Source: the human T2T-CHM13v2.0 reference genome, Homo sapiens. Taken from it: a stretch of 64,000 nucleotides of DNA. The notes below the pieces were generated by a model, which was not told where the DNA came from, did no database searches, and saw only the letters and a list, made by a program, of their open reading frames with translations. The stretch lies in the NCBI RefSeq assembly GCF_009914755.1, contig NC_060925.1; one strand, given 5' to 3'. Shown here in pieces: positions 27,421-41,469 of the stretch; position 1 is the stretch's first letter, and each line of letters begins with the position of its first letter. The translations under genes and the position numbers were made by a program.

Positions 27421-28030
27421 CATGACAGCATTTTCTCTTTTTAAATTACAGAATTATTCATCAGTCTATAATAATCAGTAAATAATCATTATTCAAAGGT
27501 TAGATCTTATAGTTTACATCGTCCATGAGATGTGTTGACAGAAATGACATATAAAACTGTCTACTAAGTTCATTTCTCTGTGATATAGCAGCGGGAATGT
27601 TCATATTAATATACTGAAATACTGTCTCATTATATTCATTTAATGAATTTTTTTATTCCTCAGCTTTTCATATCAACTCCCACCTATTTTCTGTGACATC
27701 ATAAGACTTAAATAAACTGTCCTTAACTCTTTGGAGAAAATAACTTTGCAGAGATCAAGAAATATTGGCTAATTTCATTATACTTAACAATTGCCAATAA
27801 ATTATTCAAACCTGTTTATCTTTGTGGCTAATTTTTAATGATGCTTTGAAATGAGGCAAAAGCAAATGTATAAGTCATGTAGACTAACCAGTCTCTCCTA
27901 CAGCCACTGTCTCCCACAGCAATAGGCATATTGTCAAATTGAAGTTTAATTCATAGGTTCTATGAAACGGTGGGTAAAGAAGGAAAAAGGAGAAACCAAA
28001 TGCTCACATTGTCTGATTTTTCACAATTAT

Positions 28031-28044
28031 CCACCAGGTGGCAG
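28031..28044 (+). promoter_or_regulatory. CTCF core motif
   Basis: CCACCAGGTGGCAG matches the CCASYAGRKGGCRS consensus and lies in AT-rich unique DNA. Confidence 0.65.
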
Positions 28045-31000
28045 AGTACTACACGCAGTGGAAACAGTAGTTTGAGCTTCGTATAAGACAGAGTAGGTTT
28101 TCGTTTGTTGTTGTTTTTTTTATAAAAACAATTCTATAATATTTTGATAGTTTTATTTTTGAGAAATAATAACATTAGGAAAACATAATTTCTGCTTATC
28201 CTTATAATAAATTAAATTATCTAATATCAAAGGATAATTCGGTCATACGGTATTTTAATAGCAAAAGCTATCCAGAAGTTTTCACCTTTGTTATTAAAGT
28301 ATGCCATTAAAATTATGTTATTTCTAAAGAGTAAAATGAAAGAAATATTGGGAACAAGAATTTACTTCGAATCTTTAGGCTGTTTCAGTCTAAAACCTGC
28401 ATTTAGTTAAAATTGTGAAATCATTAAAAAAACTTCGTATCTTTAATTACATTATTCACACATCATGTATATATGTAAGGAATTCATAATCAACATCATT
28501 TTGTACAAATTCAAGGGATAAATCCTATTTATCCTATTCTAGCCAATTTCCTTAGACGCCTATACACACTAGACAGGGCTTATTTATTTGTGTATAGGTC
28601 TCTAAGGAAATTGTTCTCTCAGTGTATCTGTATTAAATCTACCCATGGTCTGAAAAAAGTAAACAATTACAGTTAAATTTATTAGGATTATAGATTTTTG
28701 TGTCAAACTGTTTGCATTTATACTTTTAATATTTCCATTCCTCATGCAGTCCCGTTTATTCTTTATGTTAACTGTAATGTTCAATACTTGAACAACAAAT
28801 AGTTACAATATTTAACTACCTACATTTAGCCACCAAGTCTCTAAATAATCCATTGCTTCCAGTTTAAAACAATCATTCTAAGATTGGTAGTAATTCATGC
28901 CTAATGACAACTTATTCTGGATTTTGTACAACTATTGATAAATTATTTTTGATCCCTTAATTTTAAGGGATTTTGTGACACTGATTTCTCTTTGTGATTG
29001 TGTAAGTAAAATGGAATATACACTTTCAGTTTAGAGGACACTGCTGAGGATTTTGAAATACAGCACAGCTGAGTACTTAGGACTACAATTGTGGTTGGTG
29101 GCAGAAAAGTAGAAATAAATTAAGAGACTCTGGAAGTAAAGTCTGATAAGAAATCTTGTCCTGCATGCAAAGATAAAAATAACCAAATGCTGAGAAACCT
29201 TTAGTGATTTGTTGCCTTGCTACTGCTAGTGTGTGTTAGATTTAGTCCCAGTAACATCTGGTTTATCCTTGTAATCTCTAGTTTGCACTTTTTATTTGAA
29301 AAACAAAGCAGGATTTTTCTTAAATATCGCATTTGTATTTTCACTTACAAACTTTTGGAGGTATTTGGCATGTGTTCCTCCGTGAACTTAGCGTTTTTGC
29401 TTTCTTGCCTGGATCTCCATTTTTGATGCTAAACTTAACTGCTTCCCCAGACTTCTATATTGCACTGTTAGTAAATCAATCTCCTAAATGGGAAAATATT
29501 ATTTGTGGGGACATTCTTTCACTCAAGGGATGAAGAATGGTTATTTAAAAGGGTTACATTTCATCAGCTATTTCTATAGTCACTTTCTTTTTCTGCCTTT
29601 CCATATTTTTTAAATGGAAAAGCTACATATGATCCCTTAACTTGGTTGGTTGGTCAGTGGGCTGACCTGTTGATGTTGAGCGTCTAAATATAGAAATGAG
29701 CATATAGCTTGCATCAGTTCCAGTATCATGCCTTCTTTCTATGGAAAATACATGATTCAATTTAATTACATAATCTGTCATTCTCTAAGACAGGGCTTCC
29801 AACAGGGCTAAACAATTCTGAAGCGGGTTTGTCTCTTTTTTTAAGAGGGCTAATCAGAAGGGATTTGTGATATTGAAATCACTAAGATATAATTATGAAT
29901 GATTTTGTGCAATTCAGAAATGAAAAATTCTTCCCCAAAGCCCCAAATCTTTGAGTCTGTTTTGTTTTAAAATAATGGAAATTTGTTTCTTCACTTATAT
30001 ATCATGCTAGCATTGTTAGGTGAATTTCTTAAATGCCAAAAATGAAAATATACTTCCACAAGAAAAGATGAATGAATTTTAAGTGACAATAAGAAATGAC
30101 ATGTAATATAATCCTGGAAGTAGAAATTTCCACAATGATAAAAAACAAGGGAATTTATTTCATGAAAATAATATTAATAATGGTTTTTGACACTGAGATT
30201 TTTCATTGTTTCTTTACAATCAGAGAAAAAAGACATTTTTCAGAAAACTTTCCTTAGTCTGTTGACACGAACACCAATTTTTGCGATTAAAGTAGAAACC
30301 AGTAATTACATTTTAAAAAAATGACACTCTGGTAATTATATATTTAAAATATGAATCCTAATGTTTAATTAGGTCATATGACTGTAATATCAGCTTGCAT
30401 TAGCAGGAGATTATCAAATCCCAGCAATTCATTCCATAGAGCAATACAAGTTAGAAAAGACTGCTATAATTGTGAGATTTAAATAGAATAAACCATAATG
30501 CAGTACAGTATTCTTTAAATATTTTAATGTTTACTAATGTTATTGAGTAATGAAGTTTATCATCATGGCATATTCTTCTTAGATAATTACTCCGGTAGCA
30601 ATAAGCACATAAGAAGGTTGGTATTTTTTTTTTTCCAGGAAAGCTTTCAAATTAATCTCAGAGCAGAGTTCAAAACATGTATTTGAAAGTGGCTTTCTGT
30701 ATTTCTAATATGCATATGTATGTAGTATTATTTATTTTCTGAATGTAATTACATTGTTCTTGGATGTTAGGTAAGTAATTTTTATTTTTTAACCTGTATC
30801 ATAAATCTATAAATTATTAGTTCTTACTCTCATTTCTTTCTATTTTTCATTTATAAATAATGCAGTGCAAAGAAAACCTCTTATTTTTAACATAAGTATA
30901 TGTCTCATTTATGACTGATACTTTCTAAAAAGCTTAAGTATATGCCTGTATTTTGTATTTTAATGTTTCATTTTGCATTAATTATAATCAGTGAAGGTTT

Positions 31001-34000
31001 TTTGTTAATTTTTGTCTTAATCCCTCCTTGCTTCTGTAAACCACACTGATTGGTATTTACTAGCTTTGGTTATATGACACAAATACAAAAAGAATCATAG
31101 TAGAGTTTATTTATTAATTATTGAATTGTAATGCAATCCTCTTTCAGCAATATTTTTCTTAGTAAAGAGATCTGTATACAATGTACATGTTGTACTTCTT
31201 TGATACCCTGTGGGAATTGTATTCCTTAATATTATATTTCTATCTCAAAGTTTGCTCTTTAAGATATAAAAATTAAGTGGCTACCATAGAATTCATTTGT
31301 ATAGGTTTAATGAGACAGTACTTTTAAATACTTAAGTTTTAGAGTCTCCTTATGATGTAGCTAATGATTTGCACAGCTAAAACAGCTTGAGTACTTTTCC
31401 ATTTAACCATAAAAGCTAGGATTTCCCATATATAAGTAACTTTATTACTCAAGAAACTTGTTTTGAAATTCTTCCACACATTATCCTTGATGATGCTATC
31501 AGAATTTTTATTAAAAAATCTTTCCTTTTTCCTTCTTGTAGCTACATCTGCTATAACTCATGGCTATAAATATATATTGTATAATGAAAACAAAGTCCTT
31601 TCTGGATGACAAGAATCTCAAATTGCTTGAGTGGCTCTGAGGATTAGATATTCTTTTATTTAATGGGCAAAAGGACAGTGATTTCCTTTGTCATACGCTT
31701 TGATTGTGTCTTTTTGTATTGACTAAAGCAGCCTATTATATTACAGGCACAGACAAAATGTGTGCTAACATTATTGTATCTATCGATGATATTTGGTGCC
31801 TGTGATTCACTGTAAGGAATCTATTTCCTAACACTAGGGGTCATTTCAGCTTGTGGCAACAGTGTATGATATTTAGTTTTAATAAAAGAAGAGAGTAGGA
31901 ATATGACATTTCCTAGAAAAATATTATCCTGGAGAAACATTTTCCTGGGCTAGGATTCCTAATTTTTCCCCCAGTTAAAGTGTGAACAGATTCTGTTACA
32001 GTGTCTACTTTTCAAAAGTAAAACCAAGAAGTGCTTTGGGTTTCTTTTCTTGAGCTCATTTTTGTTAATTCTACTAAAATGTTCAGGTTCCACTCCTGAA
32101 GGCATCATGTTTCATCTCACATTTTGCCTCTGGTTGCTACTTACTATTTTGTCATCTTTTGGGGTTTGCTTGGCCCTTTTCTTCAAGCCTTTACATTCTG
32201 ATTGTCTTGAGTTACAATGGAAGTCTTACTTATTTTTCTCTAATTTTCAAACTGCTGTGAAGTATAGCACACGCATCTGTTAGAGTAGAACTTTGTTCTT
32301 TCCATAACAAAATAAACACATTCTATTATAGCTCAGATTTTCTACCCTTAAACGTTTTTAAAATTTCAAGCCGTTTCTTAAAAGTTCTTTGATTTTCCTC
32401 TCTGGGACTTAATAATATAAATTACTTATTTCTTTTTAAAAAATCACTTTAAGGGCATGGCGCTAGACATGCAAGATGACATAAGAAACTATTTTTTACA
32501 GAATAGCATTATGTATTTTCAAATGAGCTCTAGATTATGTAATATGAATTATGATCCTGTTTATATTGAATGGAGTGGGTAATTGCAAGCTATAAATCAT
32601 TTCTGCATATCTGAAAAATTTAGCCTTCTTATTCGAGTTGCACACATAAATAAAGAGAGTTTTATTTGTTTCTTTAAATCTATTTTTTTAGATCTGCTTA
32701 AAATCGGCTGTGCTTCAGAAAGTGTAGTATATTATGTTTAACCTTTTCAATCTAAAATCAAAATATTTTCTTTGATTCAAAAACTAGATATGTTTTCCAT
32801 ATCTAGCATATCCTAACATATGGAAAATACCAAAGAAAGTTATTTTTTCTACTAAAAATGAATAAGTGATAAAAATGTTTATTAAGCTTACATTGATGCA
32901 AATGATAGAGAATTGCCCTTTTTCTAACTTAGAATCAGAATTACAGCCTGATTTTGCAGACATGACAATTGGCCCGTGTATAGCTACAGCTGCAGCAGAG
33001 GCCTGCATTCTGCTTACCAAATTCTGTCATTGGTTACCTACCTATAAAAGGGAAATGAATGACCAATACTGTGTTTTGGTTCTGCTAATTGTCTATTCAG
33101 TTTTAATTAGCTTGTTTTAATTTTGGAAATAAAAGAGAATGAGGCATATTTTCAATAGGTGACATTTAACATTCTCAGATCTGAGGACAAAACGGTTCTA
33201 AATTACAGATAGGTTTTATTATAAAGATAACGGAAAGTGGCAAAACACGAGGAACAATATTACTGCTCACACTTCAGGCTTAAAGTTGCATGTTGATGTC
33301 AAGCATATTCTATTACCAAAAATCACTGATGCCTTTACTACATGAGGCTAATATGCCACGTTCCTAAAAATGCATAATTTAAAGCCATTTGAAAGAATGA
33401 TTTTGAAAAAGTAACATATAATACAAAAGGTATGGTAGTCAGATAAGGTCAACCAAGTTCTATTTTAATCTCTGTCATTGGCTAGCTGTGTGACTTTTAG
33501 GAAATTACTACCTTACTGTAGCCTCTGTTTTCTCATTTGTACAATAATAAAGAGGCTGAATCCCCAAAATAGCATCTATGTAAAAGGAGCCTCATTTTAA
33601 AATATTAATGAAATGCTTGGCTATATATATCTTTCAAATATATGTACATATGCACATACGCATTCTAAGTTAGAAGCTAAAAAGTAAGGTTGTAGATAAT
33701 GACTGTATATTACAATATTTTCAGTAACAAAAGCATTATCTGAGCCAAATTCATCAACACTGAAAGAAAAACAAACTCAGTGAAGCATTTAAAGGTATTA
33801 TTTTTTGTGAAGTCCAATTCTCTGAAAGGTCAAAATCCTTTCCAAACAGTGGTACTCAGAGAGAATCACCCAAACTTATTTGGGTGTATTATAGGTAAAT
33901 TGTGCAAAAGAATTCACAGCTCCTCTTCCTCCTTTCTTCTTTGGAGACCCTTAATTTTGACCACATTGAAACATGTGACATGGCATACAATATCATCTTT

Positions 34001-35309
34001 CTCTCTTTCTTCTTTTTTTTTAAAAGCATATTTTCAATATATATTAGTTGCTATTCTATCATAGTGGCAATGGGATTTGATGTCATGAAAATGGTAGCCC
34101 ACAAGAGAAACACATTACAAAAGCAACTCCTTTCCACCCTTCCCTCCCCCTGAAATAATAACAATTTGCTAAATTGTTGGGAAGTTGTTATAATTCCTTT
34201 TCCAAATTATTACTCGCCCTTTAGATTAGAAATGAGGCTCGGGTTAGCAATCAGCTATAAATGGTAGGATTTTTCAAGTAAGAAGCACTTGTCTGATTGT
34301 GAAGTGGAGGCCATTACTGCCTTGATTGGGCCTTTTTTTTCTTCAGCTTGCTTGATTTGTGGTTGAGAGCGCATATTCACTCCTGTACTGTGAGCAATCA
34401 GAGGCTCCCCCTCTCTTTTTTGCGCAGCGATTTAGGGTCCACTACTTTGGCACAGCAGCCACCTTTTAGCCTCCATCACGCAGAACATATCTCTTTAAAA
34501 AAAGGGGGTGGGGGATGGGAGCAGGTAACCAATGTACATTTGGCTCATTAATGTGCCTATTTTATATTTTCAGAGAGAAGTTTTTCACTCTAAATAACAG
34601 TCATGTTGGAACTTGAACTTCTACACTCAATAAATAAGTTTGGAAAGCGACTTGAAGCCTGTTAGAGCATATTTCCCATTTCTCTAACCCTTCAAAAAAA
34701 AAAAAACAGGTGTAGTGGTAAAAAGCTGGGGCTGAGACATCAGAGGGCACATTCAACTTTGACACTAGCATAGTCTTTGTTCTCTAGAAAATATTACAGA
34801 AACAAGAGCTTTCTTGTTTGCTTTATTTTGGAGGGCATTTTATAAGTTTTCCACCATATTTAAAGCCTATGGAAAGAAGGCATTTAAAAACTCTCGAAAA
34901 TAGAAACTTACGTTATCAGGTTCAAAAATTACTTAATACTTCCTCTAAGTTAAAAAGATTTGTTCTTGTCAACAGTAAGGGATATTTTTATTAGGAGTTA
35001 AACTCAGCACATTTTACACCTTAAAACTTATTAGAAAATCACCAAAGAAACTGGAGTTTCAACGTTGGAATGAGCTGATCATCTTCAAATAACTATACAC
35101 ATGTAAGAATCTGTGCCCTACACCCCTCTTCTGCTCCTGTTCCCCCAAATTAAAATGTCCTAATAATTTCCATGAAATGAATTTTCTTAAAAACACCCTT
35201 GAGTCTGGGTCATAATAAACCTGTGTAATAAAAGGAAGTTCACAAAGATTAATACCATTCTGGTAGGTAGTAATTCCCTCAAAATCTGAGTCAAAACTCA
35301 TAGTGAATT

Positions 35310-36330
35310 TTTCCCCAGTTTTCTTGAGTTATAATTTGCCAACCATAAAATTCATTCATTTAATGTATGATTTAATAAACTTTTGTAGAGTTCTAGAATT
35401 GCACAACTATGATCACAACCTAATTCTAGATCATTTCTATCATACTAAAAAGAAATCTTACACCCATTTACAATCACTCTCCATTCTCACCCCCAGCCCT
35501 ATGCAACCATGATTCTATTTTATATTTCTATATGTTTGCCTTTCTGGGATATTTCATATAAATGGAATAATATGATATGTGTTCTTTTCTGTCAGGCCCT
35601 TTCATTGAGATATTTTTAAAGTTTGGAGGTTCCTCCACACTGTAGCATGTACAGTCCTATTTTTCCTTTTTAGTGATGAATAGTATTCCATTGTATGAAT
35701 GCATCACATTTTATCTATTCATCCAGTGACAGACATTTGGATGTGAATTGTTTGTGCTTTTGGGATGTTTGTATTATTACTGTTACAGACATTCCTGTAT
35801 AGATCTGTGTGTGGACATATATTTTCATGGGTAGATACATAGGAACAGAACTGCTGAGTCATAAGATAAACCTGTTTAACTTTTTAAAAACTGCTAGCCT
35901 GTTTTGCAGATGTTTGCATTATTATACATTCCCAACACAATGTATAAAGTTCCTATTTTACCACAACCTTATCAACACTTGTTATTGTCTGTCTTATTAG
36001 TTATAGCCATTTTAGTGTGTGAAAATTTGATCTAGTGATTTTGATTTGTATTTCCCTAATGACTAATGATGACAACCTTTTCATGTGCTTATAAGCCATT
36101 TGTATATTTCTTTGGAAGAATGTCTATTCAAGTCCTCTGCCCATTTTTTAGTTTTTTAAAATTATTATTAATGAGTTTTAAGGATTCTTTATATATTCTG
36201 GACATAAGTCCCTTATTGAATATATGATTTGCAAATATTTTATCACAGTCTGTGGGTTGACTCTTCACTTTCTTGATGGTGTCTCTAAAGCACAAAAGTT
36301 TTTAACTTTGAGCAAATCTCTTTTGAACTC
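35310..36330 (-). mobile_element. Old L1M fragment (ORF2 3' end and 3'UTR)
   Basis: ATTTCATATAAATGGAAT...TAGTATTCCATTGTATG...TTTCCCTAATGACTAATGATG...TGTCTATTCAAGTCCT...GCAAATATTT. Confidence 0.8.
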
Positions 36331-38999
36331 TTAATGGAGAACGATATCCCATCAGTTCCTAACATAATTGTTTAAAGAAAATCAGAGCAAGATAGAAAAG
36401 TAAAAGGTTAAAAACAAAACAACAGTCAATTTGTGTCAGTTTGAGAAGAAAGAAATTGTTTTGCATTACATTTCCTTTAAAGTAACATGAAAGTTTTCAC
36501 TAAAACAAGTTTGTTTTTATTGTTTTTTAAAATCTTCATTTCTAATTTCGTGTTCATCATTAAATCTTTTCCTTGCTAGGTCAGCAGAATCTCAAAATTG
36601 AGCCTTGCCCAGGTCCAAGTGGTTTTGAACAATGCATATGTAAATGAACCTGAAGCCACAAAACCCCACTCTCTGTGCTTCTCCCTCTGAGTAACAGTAA
36701 ATGACAGGAAAAATCAGGATGTAAAAAAGCTTATTCTCAGGCAAGAGACCCTGAGCTTTGCCCTCCCAGGCCTACCGCAGGATGTTATTTGTAAAATGCT
36801 TTCTTCTCAGCTATACTCACAAAAGTGATTACCAGCAGCAGCACCTTTACAGCCATTGCTGAAAATCATGCTCACCAGGCAAATCTGGTAGAAATGTGGA
36901 CAAAACTATTGGTAATTAATGCATTTGTTTTTGAAGTTCGTTGGTAGGGGGTCAGAGGGCAGATGGGGGGAGCTTACCTGTAAGGAAAACCCAGAACTTT
37001 TTTGTAATCTCCACAGCTCAGCTCTAAAGTAGCAGAGGTACATGTACCTTGCTTTTAGCAATAAAATTGATAAGCATTTCATTATTTTCTAGAGACCACA
37101 ATTTAAAACCCCTTGCAGTGAATCCTTTTAGAAATCAAATTATCAACTTTTAATGAATTACTTTGTAGGTCCAGATTTCCATCCGGTATCTGTTGTATAT
37201 CACAAGCAAGATATAACTATAACACAGTTTGGTTGCTCTAGAGGCCTCTCATTTCTCTCCCACCCTTTTACCAGGAAGAATTTAGCCACCAATACCCAAT
37301 AAACACAACATACAATTGCACAAAACATTAAGTACTCTTATTTGACTTAGTGAACTTAAAAGTGTTTCTTTTTTTACAAAAACTGTGGATATAACTAATA
37401 ATTCAGTAATTATCATTATTATATTTTATCTTATAGCTGCAAATGTTGTTGCAAATATAATGTTAAAAATGGCAAGTGCTGCATGGCCTGAATATTTCCA
37501 TCAAATTTCATTGTACACAGTAGAAAGAAGTCATTATTTCTATTATTTTTATACTTGACTTGGTACTATGAGCCACCTGGATTACTTTTTTTAAAAGTGA
37601 CTTTCAATGGAGACTCTGCTAAGAATATAATTCAATCTTAAGGACAGAGTTAATCCTTTTTTGACAGAGTTGCATAAGTTGTTCAAATCCATACACTGAA
37701 ACCTAAACTGAAGGACGGTGCAGTTAAAGCTCTTGATTGTAATCAACCTAGTGATGTTGAAAAGCAGTGCTAATATGCAAGGAATTAAAACAGAAAGGCC
37801 TATTAAGGATAGTCAAGTTTCACCAGAAATAAAATTAGGTTAGTTGAGAGTAAGAAATTGTCTCAATAAATGTAAAGTAACTAAAGCAGTGCCTAGTAGT
37901 TTTTATAAACGAAAATGGAAAAGGCATAGCCCCCACACAATAAGCTATGCTCTGGAAAGAAAAGAATGCCAAATAGAAAGGGGAAAAGACTGTTGATGTC
38001 TTTCAAGAACCAATGAAACCATTAACAGAATAACACCTGTGGTTTGGATCAACAAGACTTATTCTAAAATAAGGTGAATATTCTTTGATTTCTTAACTGA
38101 CTGTTATATCAACTGAGCAACTTTATACACAGCAAGGAAATAAACCACTTTTCCCTCATCATGAAAGTTCTGCAACAAGGGAAATAGTTCTAATTCATCA
38201 AAATCTCAGTAGAAGCAGGGCTTATCAGCCCATTTTATAGCCAGAATATTAACAGTATATTATTAACAGAATATTAACAGAATATTAATCCAGGTGTCAT
38301 TTTTTTTTGGCCCCCACATACCATGCAAGACATCAAGTCCCTGAAAAGTCCCCAATACATTTTCCGGGAGTCTCCAGAAGATACCATGTATAAACTAAGT
38401 AAACTGTTTTGAGATATGTGCTTACTACTGTTTCCACTGGGATGCTAACACATTTACTAACCTTCACTTGTGCTTCCGTTAGATACTGAAGTGTATACCA
38501 GACACCACTGTTCCTGTCAGAAACTAACACTGCCTCCTTTCAGGAACCTGAAGTTCCCTCCATGCCCTATCACTGCTCTGCCAGGTGCTGGCTACACCCA
38601 ACGTACTGAATTCCTCAGTGCGCCAAATAAGCATGGTAAAGGGACATATGTCTCCGACTGTTTGCATTACATTCTATTTGATGCATCTTCAGATCTGCCC
38701 TTGCCCTAATGTGTTACAGAACTTTTAATAAAACAGTGCTTTCTTTCTTCACCTCCTCCATTACTTCTCCCCCTCCGCTTCCCTCTCTCCTTGTCCTTTC
38801 ATTTATCCTTCCCCTTCTCCTCCCGCTTCTTCTTCTCCTCCTTCAATTTATAGCACTCTCTCCATGACGATTATCTGGATGTTGATCTAAGTGTCAAGCA
38901 CCATACAGTACTCAGACTTGCTCCTGTATCCCAGGTTAGCTCTATTTTATAGTTTCCACATCTTTGCTAAATTTCTCATGTCTTCATGAATGTTTTCCA

Positions 39000-39355
39000 C
39001 CTTTTCCATTACAAACTTCCGTGTCATAAGCTGCCTATGGAAAGGGTGACACGACAAAGAACTGCAGGTGCCCTCTCAGTCCTGAGAGTAGACACTAGCC
39101 AAAAGCTAGCAAAAAGCAGATTCCTCGGTAATACAGTTGCAAGAAATATAATCTTTCCAGCAATCTGAAAGAGGTTGGAAGTAAATTCTTCCCCATTCAA
39201 GCCTCCAACCCAATACCTTTATTGCTACCTGCTTAGATCCTGAGGCAGAGAACCTAGGCTCAGACACTTGATCCACAGAAACGGTGAGATAACAAATGAG
39301 TGTTGTTTTGAGTAACTAAGTTTGAGTAATGTGTTATACAATAGAAAACTAATGA
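39000..39355 (+). mobile_element. MLT1 (H/J-like) LTR fragment
   Basis: GAGGCAGAGAACC...CCACAGAAACGGTGAGATAACAAATG...TGTTTT...AATAGAAAACTAAT. Confidence 0.6.
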
Positions 39356-39369
39356 AGCTTTCTAAAACT

Positions 39370-39600
39370 GCGTTAGTGGTTAAGATGCTGGAATCTGGGA
39401 ACAACTGCCTGGGTTCACAATTCAGTTCCACTACCCTGAAAAGTTACTTAATCACCTTGTCCCTCAGTTTTGTCATATATAAAATGAGAATAATAATGGC
39501 ATTTCTATGAATAATTGTGAACACTAAATTAGTTAATATAGGTAAAGCATTAGAATAGTGCCTAGCACATAGTAAGAACTAAGTGTTTGTTATTATAATA
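39370..39600. mobile_element. MIR SINE
   Basis: CTGCCTGGGTTC...AAGTTACTTAA...CCTCAGTTT...TAAAATGAGAATAATAA...TAGAATAGTGCCTAGCACATAGTAAG. Confidence 0.8.
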
Positions 39601-39729
39601 ATGATAAAGTAGCAAGTAATATAACCTATTAATAAAACAATACTAAGCTTTTTAAAATGATAAAATAATAGTAAACATAAAATACTTATGATAAACAATA
39701 TAAATAACAATATATTATAATATCACCAT

Positions 39730-40125
39730 TATTATACATATCAGAGTAGATTAGGTGATACTGCAGTAACAAAAATTGCAAAATCTCAATGACTTTTGGC
39801 ATCAATATTTATTCTTGCTCATATTAAATGTCCACCGCTGACAGGAATAGTCTCTATTCATTGTATTCCCATAGACCCAGGCTGATACTGTCTTGAATGT
39901 TGCCAGCCACTGCACCAGAGTAAAAAAAAAGTACTGGAGAGTCTCACATTAGTAATTAAATGCTCCAGCCTGGAAGTGACACACCTCATACCTCACTTCT
40001 ACCTGCAACACATTGGCTCTACACAAATATAAGGGAACCAAAAACATACAATTCTACCATGTATTCAGAAGTAAATAGAGAGGCAGAAATTTTGGCAAAA
40101 AGCACTAAAGACTACCACACTTGCT
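39730..40125 (-). mobile_element. MLT1 (J/K-like) LTR
   Basis: CTGCAGTAACAA...ATCTCAATGACTT...GACCCAGGCTGA...GGAAGTGACAC...TAAAGACTACCAC. Confidence 0.6.
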
Positions 40126-41469
40126 ACTATCAGTGTTAGTGTTCTACTCTTTAACCTATGAACAAATTTTGATAAAAATAAAAACTAAATTTGAGAAAGA
40201 AAACAAGGTGCCAGCCACACTCAAAAGGGTTAATCTTAGTTATTCTTGTCTTAAGTTGTTTGAGGCTAAACTTGGACTATCCTAAACCTCATTTGGATGT
40301 AAATTATTAGAAAACAAATCACTGGTGTTTCAATATATGTCAGTTACACCCAGACATGTTTGCCTCTTAATACTACAGATATTTTATTGAATAGTTGTAT
40401 TATTTTTAGAATGTAACTTACTACAATTCTATTTGTTTTGATATACCATAAAAGCAGATTTTTATTTTATCAAGATAGAAACCACAAACAACATTAAAAA
40501 CTACAAAGATGATCATGTGGAAAGCTCCATTGCATCAGATTGGGCTCCCCAAATTGTAGAGTCATACTCTATTTCTGGAGGTGGACAATTGCTCCAAGAA
40601 GCCAAGCCTATAAGCAAGGATTATTCTGGGACTGGAGAAAGCCTCGGAGTCCAGGAGCAGACCTAACTGAGCAGAGTATATGGTTTGTAGTGTGGTCTTT
40701 TGTGACTCACAATGGATCTTCACTTGCTACTTCTGGGAAAAACTTAAATCACTTTTAAAAAGTAATATACACAAATAGATAAATATTTATCTGAACTTCA
40801 GGTGGTAAATGCTTTTCTAAACCTCACTCTAAAGAAAACAAATATATTTGGCAATACAAAAAAATTAAGACAGTGACAATTGAGAAGTTTTTTGTTTCCT
40901 AAAAATAATGAAAATAGAAACAATGTCAATATAAGTGTAAAAGAAGATACCTACTATATATGTGTGCAGAAAAAAAGAGTTAAAGTCATTCTATATAAAG
41001 AGAATGTATAAATCAATAAAAAGGGATATCATTGTAGACAATTAGCAAAAAAGAGAAAAGTAATTTACAGAGGAATAAGCACAAATGGCCAATAATATAT
41101 CTAAAAGATACAAACTATTTAATAATCAAAAATTAAAGTTAAAATGATATTTTGTTTTGACTCTTTGCTAAAAATAAAATGATTTATAATAGCCATTATT
41201 GGTGAACTTGTTGAAAAATGAGGACTAATATTTGATTACTTAACATTTAATACATTGAGAAAATGCTATCTTCAATAAAAAAGAAAACAATGAAATATTA
41301 AAAGTGGTATGATCAAATTTACTAACACTAGAAATAATAAATAATATTTTAGAATACATACACAGAAACAAAAGCTGGAAAGCTATAAATCAAAGTTAAT
41401 TTAAAAAATGGCTACCTATCTTTGGATAGAAAACTGACAAGTGACTTTTGTTCTCTTAATTTAAAAGAA

